A stretch of DNA of 63,553 bases, the filler included, from Atractiella rhizophila (lineage: Eukaryota): the NCBI GenBank assembly GCA_021432655.1. It is 3 parts of 3 records of this genome, joined end to end, with 100 filler letters (N's around TTAATTAATTAA, not from the genome) between each part and the next. Parts side by side here need not be neighbours in the genome. Positions count along the whole stretch, not along the records: positions 21,328 to 46,745 come from MU271774.1; positions 46,846 to 63,553 come from MU271778.1; 1 more part is not named here. One strand, written 5' to 3'. Below, one piece after another: positions 37,820 through 51,155 of the stretch. How positions within the stretch are numbered: position 1 is the stretch's first letter; every line of letters begins with the position of its first letter. The position numbers and the translations under genes were made by a program. The notes under the pieces were generated by a model. The model saw only the letters and a list, made by a program, of their open reading frames with translations, was not told the DNA's origin and did not search any database.

Positions 37820-38885
37820 ATGGGCATCGTCTGTTCTTCCCTTGCTTGGCTTGTTGGCGCTATCGTCAGTGGTACTAAGAGTAAGTTCTTCATTTGGTTG
37901 CATTGGCCGTGGTGTTGTGAGACACGAATCACTCCAGGTTTCTACACGAAGCTCTGCTCGAATCATATGCATCGCAGAAGACATGGATTGAAGCTGAGCC
38001 ATTAATGTATCTGTATAATATGACTACAATTCAGGCTCCACAGCCATTGTTGTCAGCTTGCTATTTTGGTCTTCGAGAACCTGCTCATGCGGTCCCTTGT
38101 CCCTTCTGCTTCTACCAAACTTGGCAGCATTTACCCCTATACATTGTAGTCCCATTCTCGCAATGACTGACTTGTTTTGGAACGGTACAGAGCTCGTCAC
38201 CTTCCTCGCTGATGCAATCACCTGGCTCCTTTCCGGTCTTGTCAAGATAGTGGACTGGCTAATCGTTGGCGCCGCTCAATTGATAAATATCACTCTCGAC
38301 GGGCTATCTTCTATCATCACCGGATTATTGAGATGTCTGGCAGGTCCGTCCTCCCTTTTTATACTCCGCGAAAAACGTTGTTGATTTACATGAACAACTA
38401 TTACAGGGTATGCTTGTTGCTGTCGCCCTAAGCCAGAGGCAGACGATCCAGAACTCGTCAAGAAGCAAGAAGAGACCACCAACCTTCTCGCCGTCCCCCA
38501 GGCTTCTCCCACTTCCGTATCCGAGAAGGCTCCTGCCACACCTGCAGCAACACCAGCTGTCGCTATCGAGGAAAAGAAAGGCTGGTTCGGCCGCTCGACC
38601 TCATCTGCTGACAAGACGGCGGAGAAGAAGGAAGAGGTAAAGGAGGGAGAGAAGAAGGGATGGTTCCGCTCTAGTTCTAATTCGGGCGAGAAGAAGGTCG
38701 AGGAGAAGAAAGAGACGGCTTCACCGAAAGAGGAGAAGAAGGGCTGGTTCAGCTTCTCGAGTGCAACACCTACCCCTACTCCTGCTCCGACTCCCGTCGT
38801 TGAGAAGAAGGAAGGTTTATGGAGGCGGATAAGCTCCAAGAAGGCATCAACTGAAGCTGCTCCTGCTGTCACTGCTGCCGCTTGA
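37820..38885 (+). CDS. Small lipid-anchored/amphipathic protein with EKKGWF repeats
   Basis: MGIVCS start, hydrophobic helical exon, ACCC, three EKKGWF units plus EKKEGLW; stop at 38883-38885. Confidence 0.65.
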
Positions 38886-39373
38886 GCCTGGTCTATCACT
38901 TCTCGTATCTGTGTTTACATGAGCCGAAGGACTATACTCGTTTGTGTTTCTTGATTGCGCTTTGGAGAGAGATTGGTTTTGGTTCCTTTTATGACCCGGA
39001 TGATAACGACTGTAACGACCTTGATGACCCGGACGAATACTCTATAGCTGCTTAATTCGCATTCTTTTCATAGTATCATGGGGATGAACCAGAAAGTTAA
39101 ATGTACCCTCGCAGCGTAAGCGTGATGCATGGCATTTCGATCAGTTCTTGTTCTGGTCGAACCAACATGTCGTCTTGTCTACGCTTGTGCAACTAGGTTT
39201 CTACACCAATGAACCAATCCATAGCTCGCCCATCTGCACTTTCTCGATAAATGGATCCCAACAGTACAGAACCTAACCGATAAAAATCGTTCCCTCCCTA
39301 TCCATGTCCCCATTTGAACTTGAACCGAAAACACGGATACAAACGCAAGAGCGGGATTGTGATTGGGAGACGG

Positions 39374-42288
39374 TCAACTAGCTGTCCTGAGTTTGGCTAT
39401 TTCAGCACGCCTGCGATGCACCAAGATCAGGAGGCTTCGAATGGAGAAGGAACGTTCTGCTCACAACTCATCCAGAGAGGTTTGTAAAGCTGCTGCATCT
39501 TCAAATTGCCGTCGTTTATTAGCATCTTCAAGGTACCCAGCAACGAGTTGCTCTTGCCTGCCAAAATTTATCTCAGCTCACAGTGAAGGAAAGAGGTTGA
39601 TGGCATACTCCACGAGAATTGCAAGAGCACCGTTCTGAGGATCCGGAGACTTGATCTTATCTCGAACATCTTTCCCATCATCCGACCCATTCGTGCTGAA
39701 GCTACTACTCGCCGTCCGGTTACCAGGTCTCTTCCGTTTGGAAGTGATCGTTTTGTCACCTCCAGCAAAACTGCTATCCAGTGCACCGAGGCCTATCGAC
39801 CAAGATCAAGTAAGGACGGGGGATGTGAGCGAGTGAGCGAGCGACTCACCACGAAGAGCGGCCATCTTTTCTCCAAGCCACAATGCAGCTCTCGTCGAGA
39901 TCGCCTTCGTTAACCGCTGTTGACTTCCGCCGGGCTTCTGGCCTTCCGACGTTTGGAGAGGCAGGTCGCGGATTCGTCGTGACAGTGTATCGTACGAGGT
40001 CAAGGACGATAATATCTTCTTCCGCACTGTCAGGGCCTGCGCCTGGATGTTTAGGAGTGCAGTCGAATTGGGATTTGATGTTGAAACTGAACTGGTATAT
40101 TCGTTGGTTAGGAGCGAGGGATGAATATGGAACTACTAACTTCATGTTGATTACGAGCTCTTGTAGGTCGGGTATCAAAGCTTCCACTTCCTCTTCCACT
40201 TGTATGAGCACCTAAACCGATCTTAGAGGGATGAAAATGTGCCTCTAGGAAACCCAACGAACTTTGTGCAACTTGACATAATTAGGTATAGGCGCGTTCA
40301 GAGTCATCGTCTGTCGTCGTCTAAGCCTCTGTTCAGTTTTCTCGCTCTTCAAAGCTAGGACTGGCATACAAAACAGACCGTACACAATCTCGGCAGACGC
40401 GAATCTCTTTTCGCTTCTCCTCCTTCGCAGGCTCCACCTTTGTCTTTCCATTCATGTTCAACTTATCCCTCTCCCTCGCTTCCTCATCGACATCTATCTC
40501 AACAATCCTCCCGCTCCCATCTCCAAAATCGTTCAATTCGTAAGTTATGAATGTCGAACAACGAACCGTCCGTGTGATAACATGAATGGGCTGGGCTGTT
40601 TCCCCTTCCTTATCCTTCTCGTCCACAACCGATGGCGGCGGATTCTGCTTCGAAAGAGGGGAGGCATTGGGAGGGAGAAAACAGACTATTCGACCACAGA
40701 GACGACAATGGTGTTTACGGGTCTTGAGGCCGAAGGCTGCCCTAGCCATTCAACGTGAGTCCAATCCCTTCCATTCTTCAGCGTGGACTCACATGCAAAT
40801 GGGGCAGCGTGACACGGACGCGTCGTCTTCCCATTTGACTATTGCTTGTTCTGCGTCTGGATCGGGTATCGTCAGTTGGCATGAAGAGGAAGGAGGCAAA
40901 GCTCACTTCGGATCTCCCACTCCCCTCCCTCTCCACCTCTTCCCAATGTGAGGTTCTTGAGCGTTTTCGACCAGACGTCAGAGGAGGATCTGGATATGCT
41001 TGACGAAATGGAGGATAATGATGAATTGGTGGAGGTGCGTTTTAAAGGTGTTGGGGTGGATGCGGGAAAGTGTAACGCGATCAACTGCAAAATTGACAGG
41101 TCAGCTGCTCCGTGCTTGCACCGTGATTTCGAAACTCGAATCCACTATCTCTTTGAAATATACTTTCTAGTCACACGCTGCCTCCCTGATTTCTTTCAAT
41201 CAAGACATGGTGCAGCATAACTCTCCACATTTCAGTTACTTTCGCGTGCTTCTTGAACCCCTCATCATTGATTCTCGATCCCAATACGTAAACGGTAAAC
41301 TTCCTCCTATGCTCTCTCGAACACGAATTTCATCGTCCCATCAGAACATAATAAAAGAAGGCATAAAACTTGAAATATATGTCAATTCAGCTCTGACAGG
41401 AGAAGACGGCGGTCAGGTCAGGTCGTTCAAATATTGCACAAACTCAGCACTTTGAGTAAACTCTCTTGAGGGAAGTTGGATTGGGAGGAAAGAAAGATAG
41501 GGGACAGAGTTGCGAAATGGTAGTGTCTCACTCTAGATGAGCAGACGAGTTTCTGTCCATGTCACTCTCCACCAAAGAGTGAGAATGGACAGTACACAAG
41601 ATGAACAGCTCTCTGAGCTTTTGCTCGCCATCCACACCACACCACTGAATGACAGAAACTATTCCATCTGACCACCTAAAAGAAAGGAAGGAAAGAAGTT
41701 CACCTTCTGAGCCCTCCTCTCGACCCTCTGGTCATCTAACCTCCTCCTCCCCGCCTCCCTCTCCCTCACCGCCAGGAAATCCTCCCACCTCTCCCTCCTC
41801 ACGCCCTTCGGCTGAAACCTAGGATGATACGGCGTCCTCTTCTTCTCCCTCTCGCTTTCCAGGGGGGTACCCGAAGAAGGCGGGGAGGTCGGGGGCTGGA
41901 AAGCGAGATGGGAGAGGTCGGAGGGGCGGCGGGAAAGCGAGGCGAGGTTGGGGGGCGTGGCTGTGGCGGACACGGGATGGGAGTGAGAGTGGGAGTGGGG
42001 ATGGGAGCTGGCGTTAGAGTGGGCGAGTGGAGGGGTGAAGAGATCGAGGGAGGGGGTGTGGGAGGAGAGTGCGGACGCGGGACGGACGAAGAGCGCCGGC
42101 GTGAAGGCTTCGGTGTGTGCCGGGGAGGACGTGTTGGGGGCAGGGAAGGAGAAGGCGGGTGCGGTGGGAGAGGTGGAGAGGAGGCCGTTGATGCCGTGGA
42201 TGGAGGAGGTGTTGGATGCCGTGCGCCGGGAGAGAGAGCGCGGCTGATACGGCGTGTAGACGAGTGGCGAGGTGGGAGGCGAGGACAT
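39374..42288 (-). CDS. PEP7: FYVE-domain Rab effector Pep7/Vac1 (rabenosyn-5-like); 619-nt intron at 41085-41703
   Basis: EQAIVKWEDD..CPIC, RKHHCRLCGRIVC, IRVCRDC and a C-terminal Rbsn-like QEQLVAGYLEDANKRRQFEDAAALQTSLDEL. Confidence 0.85.
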
Positions 42289-42776
42289 CCTTATCACCTG
42301 TTACCTCTTATTCCAACTGTAAACTGTTATTGTGCACAAGATGTTGAAGTCGATGACGCGAATGTCTACTTAACAAACATCCTATCGGCTAATCGAGTCA
42401 GGTTTACATCAATACAGGCTGGTTTCAGTCGTGGTTGTTCTTCAATTATGCCGCTTCATATTGTGCCAACCTGTGGTAAATTTATTAAAAAAGTGGAAGA
42501 ATTATGGGGCTCTACAATAAAGAATTGCCAAGCGGAATTGCGACTAGAAACGAGCTGTGGTCAATGATAACTTGAGAACAACACAAAACAAACTTGGAAG
42601 AGAGTGCAGTATCAGAGTGCAAGATTGTATCTGCGACGGGACGAGAATTTGAAGAGCGATGAATGCGACGGGTTACGAGAGCAGAGATGAAAGAATGAAG
42701 AACGAAAGTGAGCGAAAGCAGAAACTTGAAACGAAGAAAAGAATGCATCCGTCATAAACGTTTGTACAAAGTCTCG

Positions 42777-44334
42777 AAGAGAAGATCACGGCAACCTACC
42801 AATCATCTTTTCCTTCTCCTCACCAACGTCCTCCTTCACTCCTTCCAACCTACTCTTCTTCCTCAACATCGGCTTCCTCCCCTCTTTTTCTCTCTCCCTC
42901 CGAGTTTGAAGATGTGGTAGTGGCGAACTGGACAAGTTCTCCTTATCGAGCCACTCCCTCACTCCCCACCTCCGGCTCCGTCACGTCAGAANNNNNNNNN
43001 NNNNNNNNNNNNNNNNGAAAACACCTCCTCGCTCATCCACCGTCTCCTCTTCCCCTCGTTCCCTCTCCCCTCATCCTCGTCCTCCTCACCCTCCTCCTCC
43101 GCTCTCCTCTTTCTCCTCCGCGGCGTCACCGCCACGTCCATTCCAACTCGATCAATCTTGCGCTGGGGATTCGAAGGCGGAGGTGAAGGTGGAAGCGGAA
43201 ACCTGAACTCCTCCAGACTCCGAAACAGCTCGTTCTCCCTCACCCGAAACGATGTCCCAAGAACCGAGACGCAAAACCCGACTTCATGAGGCTTCAACCT
43301 CCTCCCGCTCCTCCGGAGCGCTTCCGCCTCCTTCTTCTGCTGTTTCGCCCACGACCTGTGCAGGACTGCAGGTTCGAGGTTAGGTGGAGGAGGCGGGGGA
43401 CGGGGGAGGAATGGGATGGGGGTGGAGGGATGGATGGAGAGGAGGATGGGTGGGAGGGTGTTGAGGTTGGTGTAGAGGAGGGGAGTGTAACAGTCTCCGA
43501 TTAGAGTGAGGGATTTGAGTTTGGAGAGAACGAGGGGGACCGCGTCTACGGTCAGGGTTCCTGCCTTTTCTGCGGCGTTCTGAAGACTGTTATGAGGGTG
43601 ACGCTGAGGATGAGGATGGGGTTGAGAGGTCTGTTCGATCCGAAGATGTCTGATGGAGGATTTAAGGAGCGTCCGGCTGAAGAACCGAGTGAGGTCTCGT
43701 CCCCTTCGCATCTGCAGGTTCCGGAGAGTGACAGTTTCTGGATACACTCGCACGTCGTGCCAGTGCTGTCTCGTCCAGGGAAGATATAGCGTTGCCAAAG
43801 CTTCGTCCAAGGCTTCAGCTGAAGGGGGAACAGAAGCGGGAAAGCTTTCGTCTCGGCCTTCGATCAAGAGGTTTGCTGGTTGAAAATCCCATTCAGTGCT
43901 CTTCCCTGTGTCAGAGATCAGCGAACGAAAGAATGAGAAAGATTGAAAACGGACTGGGATCTTCTCTCCTACTCTCGTCCTCCAACTTGATCCTCAAACG
44001 AGCCTGATCCCAACTCCACCCCGTCTTTCCCTCATCATCCAACTCCACCATCTTCTCCCAAACCACATCCGCCCTCTCCTTCATCCGTCTCACCGAAAAA
44101 GGACCATACTTCTTCTCACCATAAGTGTAGGTGAGATGAGGATCGTTGGAGAAGATATCGAGCATCTTGAGCAGGAAATCATTGTTCATGGGTATATTCG
44201 AAACCGACTTAAAGGAGGCGCGCTGCACGAGGGAGTGTGTGCGAGAGCTCATACGCTTTTGAAGGAGGTTGGGCACACTTTGGAGAATGGACAAGGTGGA
44301 GGGGGCCTGTGGGCGTGCAGTTAGCGCATTCAAG
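42777..44334 (-). CDS. Uncharacterised protein spanning a 25-N gap (42992-43016)
   Basis: ORFs 43911-44357 and 42986-43867 with an intron between them; reading continues past the gap to a stop near 42777. The start codon is uncertain. Confidence 0.55.
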
Positions 44335-46135
44335 TCGTGTGCTGAACGAAGAGACAAAGGACTGACAAACTTTGGGAAGTCGAGGCAGCGTGAAGAAAGG
44401 ATGGAAGAGTAAGAAGAGGAAAGGGTAAGAGAGGAATCAGTGTATGGGTATGATGAAAAATATTCCCTTTGTTCTCTTCCCAGTTCCCGATCCCGATCAG
44501 AAGAAAAAGCGGCATTGCTGAAAGACCTCTAGAGTATAGTTATGCAAGTCGAAAACATTAGCATCAAAGAGGTTTTAGCTCAGTTGGGAGAGCGTCAGAC
44601 TGAAGTAACAGTTAGTAATCTGAAGGTCATGTGTTCAATCCACATAAACCTCACTTTTTCACCCTTGTTTTTATTTCCCAAACCAACAAACAGGTCAACC
44701 TCATCCCGTTTCCCTCGTTTCCCAACCACAAACTGTCCACCAGCAATGAAGCAATGACATGACATAAGCGTTAGCGTTACTGTAATTTGTTGCCGTTTTC
44801 AGAACCGATATTTTTCTACGTTGAAGCAAACTCTCTTGTAACTCATTTTCATAGATGAGAGCTGAGAATGAGAAGCGCATATTTGCATAAACAGCCCATG
44901 CACTTCATCTCATCTCGTAGACATCACTGCTTGCCCAGCGTCATCCCCCCTTTCTCTGCTAGTTGGCGTACTTCAAGTTCGATCGATCATGTTCCCAATC
45001 AACATTGCCAGGATACAACAAAAATGGCCCAACGATTTAGAAGCTGTCTCCACGTCTCTCTACGCCGCCTCCTGCTTCTCCATCTTACATAATTATGCAC
45101 GCTCATTTTATTTGCGCCAAATCGTGCATCAATCCATGTCTTCGCAAAGAGGGGCGATCGTTGCAACTTGCAAGAGAGCAGCCAGGAACGTGCCAGCACA
45201 CCATCCATAAGAGCGACACCATTTCAGGACAAATAATCATCTCCTTCGAAATCCAATCCAATCCAGCAGTGTGTTGGGTGTGCTAGTTTGCGTTTGAAGA
45301 CTATAGTTTCGTCCCCGAAGTTGGCCGAGCAGACCGGACACAGGACCCGGAGGACTGGTAGCGGCTCGATTACGTCCGCCGAGACAACGGCTCCAAGACT
45401 CTCTTGCATCGAGGAGCTCAGTTCTCGTCCATCTCATCAGCGCCCCCTTCCCTCTTTCCTCCCTCCTATCCCCAGACTTGTTATTTCCCACAGTCACAGC
45501 TGCCGAGGAGGAAGTGAACCTCTCGGGTTGTTTTGTTGGATTCTGACACAAGGCGCGCATTGTTTTGGCGCAGTGGCAGCAGAAATTAGGTGCGTTAACT
45601 TGCTTGTCCAGGCTTGGAGACCATTCAGGGGCTTTGGGAGTAAAAATTTGCTTGTGGCGTTTATAAGACACGTTGGAGTGCCTGGCATCTTCTCAGCCCT
45701 CTTGAAACCAAGATTGGGGACCCTCTTGGTTCTCCCATAGTTGGGTGACACTGATTTTGGCGCAAGCATCCCGATCCATTGGCATCATGTCATCATTGCA
45801 AGCCACTGCCAAAATGTTGAATTATGGAGTGAATGATGCTCATTAACTCAGACAACAAAAAAATGAACAGTAAGGTCGGGAGGTGTGCCGTCCTAGGGAC
45901 CGATGGCCTCTTTAGCCTATCATCATCATACTCTCCGCACTCCGCAGATTGAATTTTTCAGCCGTTTACGAGCAAAGAAGAGCAGCACTGATCTGATCGT
46001 TGGAAACAGCTAAAAGTCGGGAAGATATCTCCCAATAACGCTGACGCCTTCCCAACATGTCGATTAATACCAGATATCTCAGCCTTTATCTCCCAAAGCT
46101 GCGGCTTGGTAATGTCACAGGATTGTACGAAGTGC

Positions 46136-47276
46136 ATGGAGGGGTCGAGGAGGGCCTCGATCATGCGCATGAGGAGGTATGTCTTTCCGAATCGTTGATG
46201 CCATACGACTGCTGATATTTGCTTGCACAGCTCTTCAAAGTCGTACCCGAAGTCTCAGTCGCCCATCTTGCTTACACACTGCTCAGTGCTTTCACCGTCT
46301 TCTTCGGCATGTTCAGGTACATATATCCCCTATCTCCAGTATTCCTTTTACTGATGCGGACTTTAGTGCATTGGTGAAGGAACGACTCTTCTTTGGAGAG
46401 CCGATCATCGCCACTGGCCTCGGAATCGTATTCTCAGAAACTGTAGCCGACATCTTTTCACCGAGAACATGGAACGGAGGGGGCGACTTCAACGAAGTCA
46501 CATTAGAAATCATGCGCATCGTTATCGCCCTATCGGTGTTTGCTGTCGGAGTGGAACTGCCAAAAAGTTATGTGCTGAAGCATTGGAAGAGCTTGTCCAT
46601 CCTCTTAGGCCCAAAGTGCGCCGTCCCTCCCCTCCCCCAAGCTGAAGACATGGTTGATGATGCTGATGAGAGCAGCATGCTGTTCGGATGGATGGTCTCT
46701 GGCGCGCTCATCTATGTCATCATCCCCAAATTGACCTTCCTCGAANNNNNNNNNNNNNNNNNNNNNNNNNNNNNNNNNNNNNNNNNNNNTTAATTAATTA
46801 ANNNNNNNNNNNNNNNNNNNNNNNNNNNNNNNNNNNNNNNNNNNNTTCTTTCCCGCGGTTTCCAGTTCGCAGACGGTAATCGCCCGCTAACTGTTCGCTT
46901 TTTACCATCAACATTTCTTTGTCGATAACGTTAGTTTCAGTTGCATTTGACTGTCATGAACACATCGTACCGCCGCACACCTCGTCCAGCAGGGAAGCCA
47001 GCGCGAAATCGAAACAAGAAGCGCCTGCCATTCGATCCTATTCCTTTCCTCCACCCTACTCCAGATGCAACTGTGACTACCGACGTGTCGGACGATGTCA
47101 AAGCAGAGGGAATGGTCGTGGTGGATGGTAATTTCGGTGGACCTGGTGTGGATAGTGAGCTTGGAGAACACGTTATTGAGAGCGTGCAGATCTGTGCGAT
47201 GGGGAGTAGAGATGAGCAAGGGCGATACATTGCCCTCGAGACAGTGAGCCTGAAGGAAATGAATGAACAGGCTTAA
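46136..47276 (+). CDS. CPA1-family Na+/H+ antiporter (Nha1/Sod2-like); middle lost in the assembly gap
   Basis: FGMFSALVKERLFFGEPIIAT, RIVIALSVFAVGVELPKSYVLKHWKSL..LLGP.MLFGW. A hydrophilic tail after the gap is tentatively assigned to the same gene. Confidence 0.85.
46746..46845. other. Scaffold gap with TTAATTAATTAA linker
   Basis: 44 N + linker (46790-46801) + 44 N. Confidence 0.97.
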
Positions 47277-47653
47277 TGCATACATCCTCACTAATTCATG
47301 ATCAGACTAAACGTTGCCGCCACTTGATATCAATTTACTGTAAACGGACAATCAATTAATCATCATTGTGGTGTCATACCCTCGTTCTCGTTACACTCGT
47401 TATTCTCGTCTCGTCTCACACGACTCGCTCACCGTACATGGGAGATTACGGGGAAGACCTGTTATTTACGGTACATTTGTGCCTACTTCAATCCACCACC
47501 TTCTCGGTTTTCTACCAGTGGGTTGTGCTATGGCCAAGTTCTGAGCAAAGATCTGGAGAACAACGCCGTAAGTTACAGCCTTGGATCCCACACGTGCACC
47601 TCTCTTCCCAGTGCTACGGTGAACTGACGCTGCCTATTAGCTTATTCCCTACC

Positions 47654-49099
47654 ATGACAATTTTGAGCCAAATGCAATGTTTTTCGTTTCAATCGCTGCC
47701 TATCGAGCTTCAGACGGAAGTTGTCGATGAGCTTGCAGTGCTGGAGCCCCATCGCCAAACACTTATTTCTACGAGCCGAGTCAATCGCGGGCTCAGGAAG
47801 CTTTCTATCCGCGTCCTTTTCAAAAGTATTTATCTGTCTAATTCCCGGTATAACCCAACAAACAATCACAGATGGCGGGTTGATTTCTCGACGCCTCTAG
47901 ATGACCTTCCTCTGTCATACTTGTCCTACATTCAGATTGTTCACATCAATCTGCATGAAGACATCTGCCTCGATGAGGATTCTAGATATCCTGTTGGTGA
48001 CGATTCTGATGGACGTCCCGTTCCTTTAATGCAATTAGTGGATCTAGCCATTTGCTTTCGAGATGTAACCACCAACTGCCATTCTCTTAAGGAGGTCTTT
48101 ATTCATCTTAAGTTTAAGGAAGGGATCGATTCACATGGAACAGCGTCAGCCAACTACTCGGGGCTTGTAACGACTGACTTCAGCTCCCTTGTTGACCAAA
48201 CCAAGTTTTGCGTCAATAAAATCCGACTTGGCTTTCATGTACACTTCAGTTATTCAGATTTTGATTGGATGGAATCACATACGAGAATCGAGGTTGCACT
48301 CCGTAGGATGACCCGGCCAGACATGATTACAAGCATCGAATGTCATTCCGGCTTCACAGCGGAGTTTGTTTTGCAATCGTTACTGTCATTGCCAGCGGTC
48401 GAGCAACTTTCTTTGGGTACTTGCAGCATCCCGGTTCTCGTGTCGCCGGCACAAACCAGCCTTCGTCATCTAAGCATTGATGCTGGATGGACCGACTTGT
48501 GTTTTGGCCATTATCCGGGGGATGTGGAGTGGGAGTGCTCTTTCAGTCTTGTCAGAACTTTTGCTGCCACTTTACAAAGCGTGCGCATACGCCACTACTT
48601 TGGACTTCGCGAAGGACTACATCGCGAGCACCCACCTTTCCAGTATCCCAACCTAAAACGATTCCACATATGCTACATTCAGCCTGAGTCTCAGCGAGAA
48701 AAGGAATGGTCTGCAGATGTTAAGGAATACCTACTTGATCAGTTGCGGCTCATAATAGGCGAGTTTTGCGTGTGCCCTTTGGAGGTTTTTGGGTTTTCGG
48801 AAAGCTATTCGTTTGATGCACGAGCTTCGGCAGGACTTTGGATTCTACCTACGGCTTCTGCGGAGAATGAGGAAGAATTCCAAGCGCCAGTTGCCTCGAA
48901 CCGTTCTGAAACTACTCCGGCTTTTGTTGCTTACTTCATTGCGAAGAAGAGGAAGGAAGGTTACCTCATGAATATCAAACGAGTGGATCTTGGACAGTCT
49001 ACTTTCGATTGCTTGACCAGAACAACACAAGGAGTCATGTACTCGGGCGAATTGGCAAAACTAGGAATTGTGACTAGGAGGGGGTGTCGTGAGGAATAG
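47654..49099 (+). CDS. F-box protein with degenerate LRR-like C-terminus, single exon
   Basis: FQSLPIELQTEVVDEL...SRVNRGLRKLSIRVLFKSIYL; LPAVEQLSL, SLRHLSI, YPNLKRFHI. Confidence 0.8.
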   Translation: MTILSQMQCFSFQSLPIELQTEVVDELAVLEPHRQTLISTSRVNRGLRKLSIRVLFKSIYLSNSRYNPTNNHRWRVDFSTPLDDLPLSYLSYIQIVHINLHEDICLDEDSRYPVGDDSDGRPVPLMQLVDLAICFRDVTTNCHSLKEVFIHLKFKEGIDSHGTASANYSGLVTTDFSSLVDQTKFCVNKIRLGFHVHFSYSDFDWMESHTRIEVALRRMTRPDMITSIECHSGFTAEFVLQSLLSLPAVEQLSLGTCSIPVLVSPAQTSLRHLSIDAGWTDLCFGHYPGDVEWECSFSLVRTFAATLQSVRIRHYFGLREGLHREHPPFQYPNLKRFHICYIQPESQREKEWSADVKEYLLDQLRLIIGEFCVCPLEVFGFSESYSFDARASAGLWILPTASAENEEEFQAPVASNRSETTPAFVAYFIAKKRKEGYLMNIKRVDLGQSTFDCLTRTTQGVMYSGELAKLGIVTRRGCREE

Positions 49100-51155
49100 C
49101 TTGTCCAGACTTAAATATTATTGCAATAAACATGTATCAGATTTCAGGCTCATAGTAGGTACAGGACAATGGACATTCTATTGAAACTAATATGTGATCA
49201 CTGATAAAAGAATGAAGGAATGGCTAGAATAAGAAGGATAAGAATGATGGTGAGGGAGATCCAAGTTTCATGGAACTACTAATACAGTAGAGAATGAATA
49301 TGGGAGAATGAATATGGGAGAATACCAACGGACCAAAACAAATTGTACAGAGCTAGGCACTGATTGGAAATGACACGATGAGCAGAGAAAGCAGGCAAAA
49401 GAGCGAAGAAGCCAATCCAAGCCAAGAATAGAGGAGGTGGCTTGGAGGCGAATTGTGGCCAGAAGCGTAAGCAATAGGATAGTGAGGAGGTGGGTTGGAT
49501 GGAAAGGTTGGATTCATGAAGCTGTTGCCACTACTGAAAGCCAGAGAAGGATCCTTGTCAGTGACCCTTGAATATTGAAAGTTGTCCCATGGGGAAGGGC
49601 AGAAGTCTTGAATGATTATCCCTTCCTCCTCCTCTCGGCGAGCCATCTCTGCCTCCCTAAAACGCCTCTCCCCCTTCTTGCATTTCCTTCCTCCTCTGTT
49701 GTTCCCCTTCTCGTCTCCTCGGCTCCTCTAGTTCCCTCCTCCTTCTATGCTCCTCACCTCGTTGCTCAGCTCGTCGCCCGCTCTTCTGTCTCCGTCCTCA
49801 ACGTTTGCCAATGTCGAGCAGCTCGAGTAAGCCGAATAACGACTGGTGAGAAATGGGGAATGGTGCTAATTTACGCCGCCTTGCGAACATTCATGGCATA
49901 TCTGCTTGTGAACCTCCATGTCTGATTGGTAAACGGAGAATTGTGACGATAGAGAGACGAGGAGGGGAAGATAAATGCCATTTTATATTTGCTGGTTGGC
50001 AGAGACCCTTTACAGAACGTGATTTGTTAGATCGTTTGCGAGGACGCCATAACTGGTTCGCAAACGCAAAAGCAAAGAAGGCAAGGTATCATTGCGTCAT
50101 TAATTCATGGACGCAGTATAAGTGTGTTTCCACGGGACCTCCGCAACAATGAAAAGAGTGTAATCAACGGAAACACTTGCTCTCGACATCACGAGAGGCG
50201 CGAAAGAAAAGGAGCCAAGCCACACTTGATTTGGTTAAATCATTGTCTCACGTCTTTCGTTCTAGTCAATAACATTGCCAAAGTCTTTACTAAAACGCCT
50301 CGCCCTGCCGCACGGCTTCATAAAATACAAAGTGACAGCATACTGTAGTTGACTCTTGACTCCTGACACAGACGTTGTTTGAAAGAACCGTAAAGTTCGG
50401 AATTTTTCAAACTTTATTCAACTACACTACGAGCAGCTGGCGAATTCACACTTGCTGCTGAGGAACGCTGCCGAGACTACCCACTGAGAATTGTGCTACG
50501 GATTATGTGGTTTAATGTTTTCACCCGCCCCGGTCGTGTCTTTCCTCTCTTCCTCACGACTGTTGGTGCGTCCATTTTCTTGTTTCAGTTTTCTTCTTCA
50601 GTCATTCTAACATTGCAAGGAACTAGTTGGGCTCACTTCTGGAGTTTAGTAAGTTGTTTTGCTTTTTAGCAATCGGTGCGCAGAAAATTAACATGAGGGA
50701 ACAGTATCTTTGATCCCATCTTCAAAGACATGAGAGACAGAGGATTTGAGGAGCGCCGAGAGCAGCTACTGCAGGCTCAAGCAGCGCAGAAGGAACAGTA
50801 CGTTTCTTGTTCTAACTCGAACAAGTTAAAGAGCACCGATTGATCACGTTTAGAAGTGCCGAAGTCACAATTCCTGTCAACAAAAGCTCAAGTTCGAACG
50901 GGCAGAGCCTTGCAATAGGTGCTCCTGCTTCTACCAAATAAACAACGTACCCACCTGACTGAAACGTGAGGTGGAGAAGCGGTAATGGCACCAGCTGCAA
51001 GGGCAAGATGGATGACGACGGAGAACGTCGAATGCTTCCAGTCTCAACGCACAGTTCCAAAGACTTTCCGAATTAAGATGAGTGAATACCCTGAACTACG
51101 TGCTCTTTCAAAGCAATATACATTTTGGCTCCCCACCCCCGCCAATGCCTCTGGG

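Noticed and set aside
38276..38899. 207-aa minus-strand ORF with PFFS repeats
   Set aside because: Antisense of the EKKGWF exon.
41100..41270. C/D snoRNA from a minus-strand ATGATGA box
   Set aside because: No suitably spaced D box with terminal stem, and no rRNA antisense element recognised.
41824..42567. 247-aa Gly/Arg-rich plus-strand ORF
   Set aside because: Antisense to the Pro/Ser-rich first exon of PEP7.
44868..45790. Overlapping short ORFs as a gene
   Set aside because: No recognisable domain or coherent exon chain.
46846..47300. Possible mirrored sequence beside the second linker gap
   Set aside because: Reads naturally as given (intron plus open exon), as do the flanks of the 25069 and 42992 gaps.
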